DNA of 32,000 nucleotides from an archaeon (GCA_024275415.1 JAJRZD010000105.1:1-32000); one strand, 5' to 3'; positions 17,779-26,156 are shown, counted from the stretch's first letter. Translations and numbers: made by a program. The notes: generated by a model from the letters alone, not told the origin.

Positions 17779-18819
17779 ATGGAATTAGTGGTAGAATTGA
17801 CAGATAGAACAACACGCGTCCTATTCATATGGAAAGTCCGAGATGAGCTGAGAGAGTATCTGGCCGAGAACCTAGAGTCACTTCCTGCTGTCGACCTTAT
17901 ATTCCCAGAACAAGCCAGCGAAGAAGAGTATCTCAAGTATGCTCCTGAAGCTGATTTAATCGTTGGGTGGCGTCCCTCGGAAGAACTCCTGCAAAGAGCT
18001 GCGAATCTAAGGCTCTTCATCAATCCTGGTGCCGGAGTCCAGCATCTCATTGAACAATTTCGTGGTATCAACAGAAAACAAGAAGTGATACTTGTAAATG
18101 GACATGGGAATGCTTATTTCACAGCCCAGCATACGGTGGCCCTGTTGCTGGCACTAACGAACAAGGTGATTCCTCATCATAATTGGATGGTGGAAGGTAG
18201 GTGGCGACGAGGAGATGACTATGCTAAGACGATCCCACTCAGATGGCGAAAGATAGGACTTCTTGGATATGGCGCCGTCAATCGCAATGTCCATAGATTC
18301 CTCTCTGGCTTCGACAACGAGTTCCACATCCTCAGGACTGGTTGGCCAACAGAAGATGAATATCCCACAGAGATTGAGCAATATACGTCAGGCGAACTTC
18401 ATGATTTCCTTCAGTGTATTGATACACTCATCATTGCAGTGCCTCTTACCAAGAGAACCGAGGGACTGATTGGGACGAATGAGCTCACACTACTGGGTAG
18501 TCAAGGACTACTGGTCAACATGTCGCGTGGAACAGTGGTCGATGAGAAGGCACTCTTTCTGGCATTGAAGGACAAGCGGATCGCTGGTGCTGCAATTGAT
18601 GTATGGTATGAGTATAGTCCTGAGCCAGATGTCGATGCTAGGCGGTATCCGTACCACTATCCGTTCCATGAGCTTGAGAATGTTGTGCTATCGCCACATC
18701 GAGGAGCATCACCAATGGATGACCTGCACAGATGGAATGAAGTAATTGAGAATATCAAGCGTTTCGCCAATGGACGGACAGATTATCTGAACCGAGTGGA
18801 CATCCAGAGAGAGTATTAA
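17779..18819 (+). CDS. D-isomer-specific 2-hydroxyacid dehydrogenase (NAD-binding; substrate unknown)
   Basis: KIGLLGYGAV Rossmann motif, AVPLT..TEGLI, LVNMSRG (catalytic Arg), AAIDVW and SPHRG (catalytic His). Start uncertain (ATG 17779 or TTG 17797). Confidence 0.9.
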   Translation: MELVVELTDRTTRVLFIWKVRDELREYLAENLESLPAVDLIFPEQASEEEYLKYAPEADLIVGWRPSEELLQRAANLRLFINPGAGVQHLIEQFRGINRKQEVILVNGHGNAYFTAQHTVALLLALTNKVIPHHNWMVEGRWRRGDDYAKTIPLRWRKIGLLGYGAVNRNVHRFLSGFDNEFHILRTGWPTEDEYPTEIEQYTSGELHDFLQCIDTLIIAVPLTKRTEGLIGTNELTLLGSQGLLVNMSRGTVVDEKALFLALKDKRIAGAAIDVWYEYSPEPDVDARRYPYHYPFHELENVVLSPHRGASPMDDLHRWNEVIENIKRFANGRTDYLNRVDIQREY

Positions 18820-19123
18820 CTAGGGCTGACATTAGGTTTCATAGTATATCGATGTGAAAGAGTCGTGAACAGCTGCGAGAGAACTGAACCTCTCGTGGTA
18901 GGTGATTATATCCGACTGGACAGTACTATGTCGCAAGGTCGAACGACAAGCGACGCTGACCACACAGAGTCGTTCCCGGTGTCGTCCCTGGGAGGACAAT
19001 GCTCTGGTGTCCAGACTTGTCCAGATTACACTGAACGGCAATGGACTCGGACAGGATATCATTCAGGTCAAATACGAACATGGCTGGCACTATTACTGTG
19101 ATGGCATATTAGAATGTCCCTTG

Positions 19124-19163
19124 AAAACAAAATCAGGAAGACCCCGAACGAATCGGGGCTTCC
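19124..19163 (-). terminator. Hairpin plus U-rich terminator-like element
   Basis: GGAAG-a-CCCCGA-acgaa-TCGGGG-CTTCC stem at 19136-19163, followed on the minus strand by tgattttgtttt; lies 13 nt past the TGA at 19176-19178. Confidence 0.65.
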
Positions 19164-19175
19164 TCTTGGCAGAGT

Positions 19176-19351
19176 TCAACCTGCTCCCTGTTTCTTTTTG
19201 AGTAGGACGACTATTACGACCACTACCGCGACAGCAGCTGTACCACCGATGATGAGCAGGAGTGGCCCAACGTCAAAGGGCTCGGGAGGCGTCGTTTCAG
19301 GGACGTACGCTAGCACGCTTACTATTGAACTTGTCCAAGCGTGTCACCTCC
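19176..19351 (-). pseudogene. Remnant of a C-terminally anchored surface-protein gene (or a 46-aa micro-membrane protein)
   Basis: Minus frame encodes YVPETTPPEPFDVGPLLLIIGGTAAVAVVVVIVVLLKKKQGAG* (linker, TM, KKK). Upstream GGAGGTGA (19351-19344) precedes TTG 19338, which opens MDKFNSKRASVRP* in a different frame. Confidence 0.6.
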
Positions 19352-19632
19352 GCAAGGAGAAGCCTAGATTGAGCCCTGGTATGCGGACATGCCTCAGTCA
19401 GCTAGGTCATGGCAACATTGTGATGACGGCCCACAGGTTATCCGCAGGATCTGCACTGCACTTTTGTCCTGTTACATGATATATGCCCCTTTGCGTTCCT
19501 ACCTTCTCAAGGTCGAAGGTGATATCCCACGACCTTTTGCCATGATGCCAATCCTGACTAACAGATCTGATGACCGGAGTGGGAAGTTTTTACTTTCTGC
19601 CGCCAACGATATAGTGGATGAGAACTGATCCG

Positions 19633-20385
19633 TCATGTGTCACATTCGAAGAGAAGAACCGTGTAATGTCCCAGCCTACTCATACGCTCGATTGGATATC
19701 TTCTGTCGAATTCGATTGAATCTGAAGTATGCGAATTGAAGTCTATTCCCCATATGAAGTTAAACCCGTGCGATTCGAGAAATGCAATGTTATCCACAGG
19801 ATAAAGCATGCAAGGCTGGGTGACTATAAGTAGACCATCACCATGCATTGTTTCGCGAAATCCCTTCATACTCGCTTCCGAGTTTGTGTATTCTTTGTAG
19901 TAACTATGGATATAGCCGATGACATCATTGTTCAGGATACCGATGTCAAAGCACCCTTTAGGTATCTTGTTGTATCTGAGCACCTGCTCATCAACAGAAT
20001 TTAATTTCTCCAAGCAATTCATGTATTCAATCTGGGTCTCAGGAAAGTGAGCTTCGCTAATCATCTTTTCAAACTTGGAAACGACTATCCTCGTGTTTTT
20101 TATCAATCCCATCTCTTTCAGTTTACTGTAAAGGCTCTCTATCCTAAGAGTATGAAGATCTATGCAATAGACTGTGGATGAGAATCTTATCTCCCGTGCA
20201 TCCAGTGCTCTTGGTAATTCATGATGCATAAAGAGAGGAATCTCCTCATTCTCCCCCGATGCATAGTCTGCAACTAGAATCTCACGTTGTCCGTTAGATT
20301 CTACTAGATTCCCCACCGTTTCAAGAAATCTCTCGCTGCTGTTCAGTATTGCAATCGGAAGCCCTACCATGATGATCCACTTCAT
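19633..20385 (-). CDS. Divergent class I SAM-dependent methyltransferase-fold protein
   Basis: ILVADYASG (motif I-like), VYCIDL (motif II), FDIGILN and DGLLIV strands in the class I order. Starts 8 nt after the GTPase stop; alternative ATG at 20370. Confidence 0.6.
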   Translation of the reverse strand: MKWIIMVGLPIAILNSSERFLETVGNLVESNGQREILVADYASGENEEIPLFMHHELPRALDAREIRFSSTVYCIDLHTLRIESLYSKLKEMGLIKNTRIVVSKFEKMISEAHFPETQIEYMNCLEKLNSVDEQVLRYNKIPKGCFDIGILNNDVIGYIHSYYKEYTNSEASMKGFRETMHGDGLLIVTQPCMLYPVDNIAFLESHGFNFIWGIDFNSHTSDSIEFDRRYPIERMSRLGHYTVLLFECDT

Positions 20386-20393
20386 CAGGTATC

Positions 20394-20891
20394 TTATTCA
20401 CAGGTCACGATTCGTGTGATTTCTTGTGAGAGACGGTCAAAGTTCAACCCTGTCTTTGCACTCACGATGACATAGGGAACTCCCAGCTCTTGAGCCTTTA
20501 TCTTTACATCTTCTTCTGTGATAGACGCTACGTCCGCCTTGTTCCCCACAAGAAGCCACTTCTCCCGTGGGATGTGTTGGACGATATGCATCCACTCGTC
20601 CACCGCAGCCACGGTCGTGAATCGGGACATGTCTATCAGAATGAGAACACACTCCGCGCCTATGATGAAGGCATCTTGAAAGCTCCTGAATTGCTTCTGT
20701 CCCCCTAAATCGAACGCTGCAATCTTTATCTGACCAGACGAATCTAAGTCGCTGATAGTCCATGTGGTAATGTCCAGTCCAATAGTCATGGCTGTTTCTT
20801 GAAATGCACCATTGGCCAGACGATATGCGGTGGCAGTCTTTCCAACACCGCCAGCTCCAACTAATACGATTTTCATTACACTGCTGGCCAT
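20394..20891 (-). CDS. Ras-superfamily small GTPase (Asgard Rab/Arf-like)
   Basis: G1 GAGGVGKT, G2 TIG, G3 DLGGQ, G4 NKAD, G5 SAK; 165 aa; AGGAG upstream of the ATG. Confidence 0.95.
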   Translation of the reverse strand: MASSVMKIVLVGAGGVGKTATAYRLANGAFQETAMTIGLDITTWTISDLDSSGQIKIAAFDLGGQKQFRSFQDAFIIGAECVLILIDMSRFTTVAAVDEWMHIVQHIPREKWLLVGNKADVASITEEDVKIKAQELGVPYVIVSAKTGLNFDRLSQEITRIVTCE

Positions 20892-21058
20892 CTTGTCTTG
20901 CTCCTAGCCTGTCCTTTTTTTTAAAAAAATATACTTTAAGCTATTTCTGATGGTTTAAGGCACATTAAATAGTATGCGTAATATATTGACTGCATCCGTA
21001 AAAGACGGGTTCATATAGGTTAGATGATAAGTCGAGAGAAAGCAAGTGGTGACTCGCC
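20892..21058. promoter_or_regulatory. Divergent promoter between the GTPase and ferredoxin genes
   Basis: AT-rich region with a T8A7 quasi-palindrome at 20915-20929, TATA-like TTTAAG and ATTAAATA, and GGTGA at 21048-21052. Confidence 0.45.
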
Positions 21059-21241
21059 ATCCCGACCATCTTAGATGAGAACTGTTGCTCAGGCTGTGGA
21101 AAATGCGTCAAGGAATGCAGATATGGGGTCTACGAGAAGATTGATGAAACCCCTCAGGTCGTCAATGTCCAGTACTGCAAGAATTGCGGTGAATGCATCA
21201 AGGTCTGTCCAAATGGCTGCATAGCTTTCAGGAAAATCTAG
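21059..21241 (+). CDS. 2x[4Fe-4S] ferredoxin, 60 aa, lacking a canonical start codon (ATC at the expected start)
   Basis: (I)PTILDENCCSGCGKCVKECRYGVYEKIDETPQVVNVQYCKNCGECIKVCPNGCIAFRKI* has two CxxCxxCxxxC motifs. In-frame TGA at 21050 and no ATG/GTG/TTG before the first cysteines. Absent from the ORF track. Confidence 0.85.
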   Translation: MPTILDENCCSGCGKCVKECRYGVYEKIDETPQVVNVQYCKNCGECIKVCPNGCIAFRKI

Positions 21242-21354
21242 TCCCTGTAGACGCATTCGCCAGTCCTCATAATCATACTACCACTAACACAGCATGTGAT
21301 ACATTTGAAAGCACTCTCTACACACGATTCATCTCTACAAAATCTCTAAAACAT

Positions 21355-21390
21355 CCTTTTTTCCGAACAAGTTACCAAAAAAAAGGGGGG
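21355..21390. terminator. Possible bidirectional T-tract terminator
   Basis: CCTTTTTT (21355-21362) and its complement AAAAAAGG (21379-21386) within A8G6, between the ferredoxin and the next promoter. Confidence 0.35.
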
Positions 21391-21463
21391 ATAAAATCAC
21401 TATATTCTTTATATTGTCGATAGAAAAGATTAGCATATATTTAAGCATGTTATCTTTTATACC

Positions 21464-23749
21464 ATGCTTGAACGAAGAGGAGAGTCAGCAATCGCATTGA
21501 ACCACACTCGTCATATAGCACTTAGCCTTATATCTTTATTATCAGGGCTTGTCGTCTTTTTGCTAAGTTCGCCTCCATGGGACACTCCCGGTGCTGCCAC
21601 AGTCTATTATTCGATTCTGGCATTTCTTAGCATCACTGTGACTGTCTGTGGAAGGGCTCGGATTCGGACGGATCCGTCTCCAGCACACACACTCTTTGTG
21701 GGAGGGACACAATTCGCCTCGGTCATCTTTGGAGGGGCTGCCCTCTTTTATCTCTTCAATAGGGATGCCCCAGTGACCCATCTATATACATCAGGCATCT
21801 TTCTGAACTTGGTCGCATTTGCCATCACTGGAGTCACAATGTTTCTGTACGCCTATTTCCAAAATCACCCTCCATCTGAAAAGTCATTCCTGTATAATCG
21901 CTATCTATTACATCTCTTCGTGATCTTCACTGTAGGTCTATTCGTGGTTCTACTCATAGTTTCACGGATCTTTCTGACTGCATCATTCTTCCTGCTTTGG
22001 GGGTACGTGACAGGTGCCATCGCAGTGACAACGTACATGAGTGCTGCATATCTCCTTCTTAAGCCAAGGACTAGGATCGCAGACACTCATGAACCTATGC
22101 GACTTGCCCTCACATTCATCCTTTTGGGAGCAGCTAGCACCATTCATATAACACTGCTTCCAGCGCCCAATAGTCTTTGGACATTATCTATCCTGTTGAC
22201 GATTGTAGCATTTATCTATGCGATAGTTTCCACAGGTTACCAATACCTATTCGATATCTCGGTAGATGAAAAGATAGCATATGCCATCGCAGTATCGATC
22301 AGTGCGATAGTCATAGGCCCATTCTTGATACTCCAGCTGATTGAAGGTTACATCTTTATGGGAACGGTGGTTGAGATTGGAGCCCCGTTGCTCATCCATA
22401 TTGGAGGCACTATCTTTGCCGGATCCATTGCTTTCTCTCTTTTCAGGAAGACGCGACACAGAAATGTCACATTCTTTGCCCCACTAATATCAATTCTCAT
22501 ATTCTGGACTATGGCTTAATTCGCCCTTGTTCTTTCCCATGTGCTCCCATTATATGGATCTCCTTCGGAGTCGCGTGTGCCGTATATTGCAGGGAGCGTG
22601 GTCATGATAGTATTTCTTATCGAGATCATACGAGCTATTCTTAGACCTGAAAGCAGGATAAATGGTCATTACAGCTTCCAGAAATATGCATCCCACATTG
22701 TTATCTTTGCCATAATGATAGGCCTTGGTGAAGTCGTTCAGGCATATCTCTTCACCACAAATCCTACTGTATTCGATGGCACTTTCGGGACAGCACTCAT
22801 GTTGGGGTTGAGCTATATCTCATTGTTCCTTCTCCTTGACTTTTTCTTACTTCTTGCAAGTATGCTAGGAGGCAAGACCGATATGGAAACCCTTGCATGT
22901 GGTTCATTGACAATCTGGTTGGTCATCATCATCATGAAAGCAAACTTTGGAGTCTGGACGGTAGGGTACTGGGTGGCTGAGGGAGTTCTTGCAGCTTCAG
23001 TTGCAGTCTTTCCAATCATCCTACTCTTTTACTATATCTCTGAGAACGAGCGCGCAACACTCATGGAATCTAACATGGCAATTTACTCACGATTTGTGAC
23101 TGAACAGATACGATCACACCATCATGAGGCGATCAATAGTCTTGAAACGATGGTTCAAGAATCCGGTTTTGACGATAAACGACTTGACTCTATCTCCAAG
23201 ACACTACAAGAGGTTTCACTTGCCGAAGAGCTCACACGGAATATGTGTAGCGTATTGGAGAATGGCAGATTCGCAGAGGAGGCATTGGAACCACTAGATC
23301 TAGTAGATGCTATCATCATCGCAATGGAGCGATTGATACAGGATAAAGAATCACTGCCTCAAATAAAGATCAATCGTGAGAGAGGGGCTTGCTACGTCAT
23401 TGCGAATTCTCTTCTTATTGACACATTTGAGAAACTGCTTGAAGGAGTCAGTAGACATATTGGAATCATCAGGACGCTGGACATCTCCATCTCACAGGAA
23501 GCCTCCGATGTCCAACCATCTTGGCATACCACATTCACCATCGAGGCTGTCACACAGGACGTAAGGAAATCTGAGTTCCTGTTTGAGAAATACACGCTGG
23601 GTGCCTGGGAAACAATACCCAGCTTTGCATTTACATATCGTCTTGTCAAGCTGTTCAATGGAAAAATATCAATCAGGAGCATCGTTGGTGCGTCCACCCA
23701 GCTATGGTTGGAGATAAAGGTACGCCTACCTTCAACCCCCTCTATCTGA
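21464..23749 (+). pseudogene. Large polytopic membrane sensor with degenerate histidine-kinase-like C-terminus, interrupted by one in-frame TAA (22517-22519)
   Basis: ORFs 21464..22519 and 22541..23749 share a frame, and the junction WTMA*FALVLSHV reads as one TM helix. The C-terminus keeps HisKA/HATPase spacing (LEPLDLVDAI, CYVIANSLLIDTFEKLL, LFEKY, RLVKLFNGKISI...VRLP) without the canonical H, N or G boxes. Confidence 0.75.
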
Positions 23750-23794
23750 ATGACCTATTGGCAATACGGGTTGTGCGACAAGAACGTATGACTT

Positions 23795-24613
23795 CTATGC
23801 CTTAGCTACAGCAATGGCCCTAAAGGTGGTGTCGCTCACAGGGTTGAATGTGAGGTTCTCGAAAGTACCCATGACCTCAAAGCTACAGCGTTCAAGGATT
23901 GATGATATCTCTCGTGGAGTGAACGTGCGAAGTCGGTGTTCTTCCACAAACTCATCAACCAGTTCCTTACCTGAAATCACATAGCCGTGAAAGGTCAATG
24001 CAAGGACGTTGGTATCTGTTTCGAACTTGCCCTCGTCCAGCCGGATAACAGTGATGCCGTCTTTCTCGGCCTTGTGCCAAGAGCTTTTCCTACCTGTGAC
24101 TCCCCTGGTGTTCCAGAATTCGAAGATGAACAAACCGCCGGACACGAGATGTTTCTTGATTCGCCCAAGGCTATTCTCTATGTCCCTGTCAGACTCGTTG
24201 TACCCGATCGAGCCAAAGAAACTGACAGCGGCATCGAAGGTTTCACCCATATCAAAGTCCCTCATGTCCGCAACGTAAAATGATGGCACCCCCTGCACTC
24301 CTGATGACACTTTTGTCCGGGCCAGTCTGACCTGCTCCTCAGAGATATCGATTCCTACAACGTCATAGCCTTGGGCATGAAACTCAATCGCATGGCTTCC
24401 CGTTCCACATCCAATATCAAGGATCCGTCTAGGTTGGGTTTTGGAAAACCGTTCAAATATGCTCTTGACATACTCGCAATCGCTTTTGTGGTCATAGAAC
24501 GAGTACATCACATCATACCATTTTGCCATCTTGTTGTAAATCGACATGGCACATGGTTCTAGCAAGAGGCTTTTATCCTTTCCATTGTTTTCTCCAGATG
24601 ATTTATCAGTCAC
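23795..24613 (-). CDS. Class I SAM-dependent methyltransferase (Methyltransf_25-like)
   Basis: YD..Y, ILDIGCGTGSH, VVGIDISEEQV, ADMRDF, FDAAV and LVSGGLFIFE motifs. Start may be ATG 24547. Confidence 0.92.
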   Translation of the reverse strand: MTDKSSGENNGKDKSLLLEPCAMSIYNKMAKWYDVMYSFYDHKSDCEYVKSIFERFSKTQPRRILDIGCGTGSHAIEFHAQGYDVVGIDISEEQVRLARTKVSSGVQGVPSFYVADMRDFDMGETFDAAVSFFGSIGYNESDRDIENSLGRIKKHLVSGGLFIFEFWNTRGVTGRKSSWHKAEKDGITVIRLDEGKFETDTNVLALTFHGYVISGKELVDEFVEEHRLRTFTPREISSILERCSFEVMGTFENLTFNPVSDTTFRAIAVAKA

Positions 24614-24669
24614 TAGTCTTTTCGTGGATGCAGCCGCGCTTGTGAAGAGAAACTCGAGGACCGACGTAG

Positions 24670-25227
24670 ATGTCTAACACAGTCAAGGCTTGGCAATTCA
24701 AAATAGTTCTAATTGGTGATACTGGAGTCGGAAAGACCTCTATTCACCGTCAGTACATGGGCAAGAAATTCAGGTCTGCTCATATAGCGACAATCGGGGT
24801 CGATTTCTCAAAGTGCGTCCTCACCATGGAGGCTGGGAAGGTTTCACTTATGATCTGGGATCTCGCAGGAGAATACAGCTATGAAACCGTCCGGAGGCAT
24901 TATTACTCTGGCTGCCATTCGATCATCCTAGTATATTCTGTAGTGGATCGTGCGTCCTTCGACAACACCTCGAAGTGGCTCATCGAGACCCTCAAGTACA
25001 TGGACAAGCTCCCCCCCGTGCTGGTTCTAGCAAACAAGATTGACATTAGACCAGATCACAGCCCTTCAGATACCGTGTTACAAGAAGAAGGTGAGCGGTT
25101 TGCCAGAGTGCTAGCAAAGCGCCTTGATGTCCCTACGCTCTTCAAAGAAACCTCTGCACTTACCGGGGAGAATGTCGATGATGCATTCAGGGAGCTAGCT
25201 GAGCTGATGATAGAATATCACACTTGA
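24670..25227 (+). CDS. Rab-like small GTPase
   Basis: G1 GDTGVGKT, TIGVDF, G3 WDLAGE, HYYSG, G4 NKID, G5 ETSAL. Confidence 0.95.
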   Translation: MSNTVKAWQFKIVLIGDTGVGKTSIHRQYMGKKFRSAHIATIGVDFSKCVLTMEAGKVSLMIWDLAGEYSYETVRRHYYSGCHSIILVYSVVDRASFDNTSKWLIETLKYMDKLPPVLVLANKIDIRPDHSPSDTVLQEEGERFARVLAKRLDVPTLFKETSALTGENVDDAFRELAELMIEYHT

Positions 25228-25240
25228 CCTGTAGGGCGGG

Positions 25241-26035
25241 CTAGTCCTCTCCCATCATTGGCAAAGAGAACCTCGAACTGAAGATACCATTCTCCCGACA
25301 TGCCTTGATGCACTTGCCACAGACATCCTTCACAAGCCCTTTCGATTTTAAGAATAGGATATAGCGCCTGCAATTCTCCCTGTAGTCAGTGAGTTTCTCT
25401 CGGTTTTTGATGAATGTACATGCGTCCTCGCACGCGGTACAAGAACCGCACCTTGATCCGACAGGTGTCCCATATTCAAGAGAGACTGGAATAATGACGG
25501 ACGCGAATCGCACGGCACAGCTGAACTTCTCGTGGATGATTAACTGGTTCTTTCCTCTCCATCCTAGCCCCGCCTGCTCCGCAATTGCCCGATGTGATAC
25601 TACCATGCCGAAGTAGTCTGACACATGACTCACCTCACCGATAATCCCCCCGATGGTCGCTGTCAGGGCAATCCCGTTGAAATGGTCTGCGATGGTACGG
25701 GACATCTAATTCAGTACTTGGTTTATCCTGTGGTACTCCAACGCGTATTCATTCCACACAACATAGTCCGGCATGCCGTCCTCTCTCTTGTCAATGACGG
25801 ACGTAATAGGGTCTCTGTATGAAACCGCTATGCTCACTAGCGATCCCCTTGTCATGAACTCGTCAAAGCGTTTTCCTGATATTGTCTGCAACTTTTCCTT
25901 TTGGATAGGCATCAATGAATGAAACACATCGCGAAATCGAGAGGCCCCAATATCTCCTTCTTCATTGTATTCCTGTTTTAATTCGTCAAAGAGAGCAGCG
26001 AGTTCCCGCATATGGCGCTCTGTAGAGTCTTGCAT
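25241..26035 (-). pseudogene. Epoxyqueuosine reductase (QueG) / reductive dehalogenase-like 2x[4Fe-4S] protein split by an in-frame TAG (25708-25706)
   Basis: ORFs 26035..25706 and 25705..25241 are in frame (YHRINQVLN*MSRTIADHF). HRAIAEQAGLGWRGKN.L, VRFASVI, CGSCTACEDAC and CGKCIKAC match the QueG-like family. It may instead be a functional two-part gene. Confidence 0.75.
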
Positions 26036-26123
26036 TCCAGTGAACCATCCGCCAAATAGAATGTAATCTTGTCCGATAAAAGGATGGAGGTCAGTAGTTG
26101 TTCCATGAAACTGGCAGGACTAC

Positions 26124-26156
26124 AATTATCCTTTGAAAAACATATTCTGGATAATT
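26124..26156. promoter_or_regulatory. Inverted repeat, candidate operator upstream of the QueG-like gene
   Basis: AATTATCC-N17-GGATAATT, perfect 8-bp arms, about 90-120 nt upstream of the ATG at 26035. Confidence 0.35.

Noticed and set aside
18832-19201. Overlapping ORFs 18865..19101 +, 18902..19201 + and 18832..19062 -
   Set aside because: None has a recognisable domain or clear RBS, and one runs through the terminator hairpin. A small or decayed gene here cannot be excluded.
19352-19460. Possible structured leader (riboswitch or hammerhead-like CUGAcUGA) upstream of the remnant gene
   Set aside because: Only short stems are found; TPP and hammerhead consensus elements are not met. An Infernal/Rfam search would be needed.
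19114-19479. 121-aa plus-strand ORF with a TTITTTTAT run
   Set aside because: The Thr run is the antisense image of the Val-rich TM helix on the minus strand.
20394-20405. CaaX or Rab-type prenylation motif on the GTPase
   Set aside because: TCE matches neither CaaX nor CC/CxC, and there is no flexible tail; kept only as a weak note.
21000-21058. Selenocysteine readthrough of TGA 21050 to extend the ferredoxin
   Set aside because: The frame upstream reaches TAA at 20999 with no start codon, and the TGA is explained as part of the GGTGA SD-like motif.
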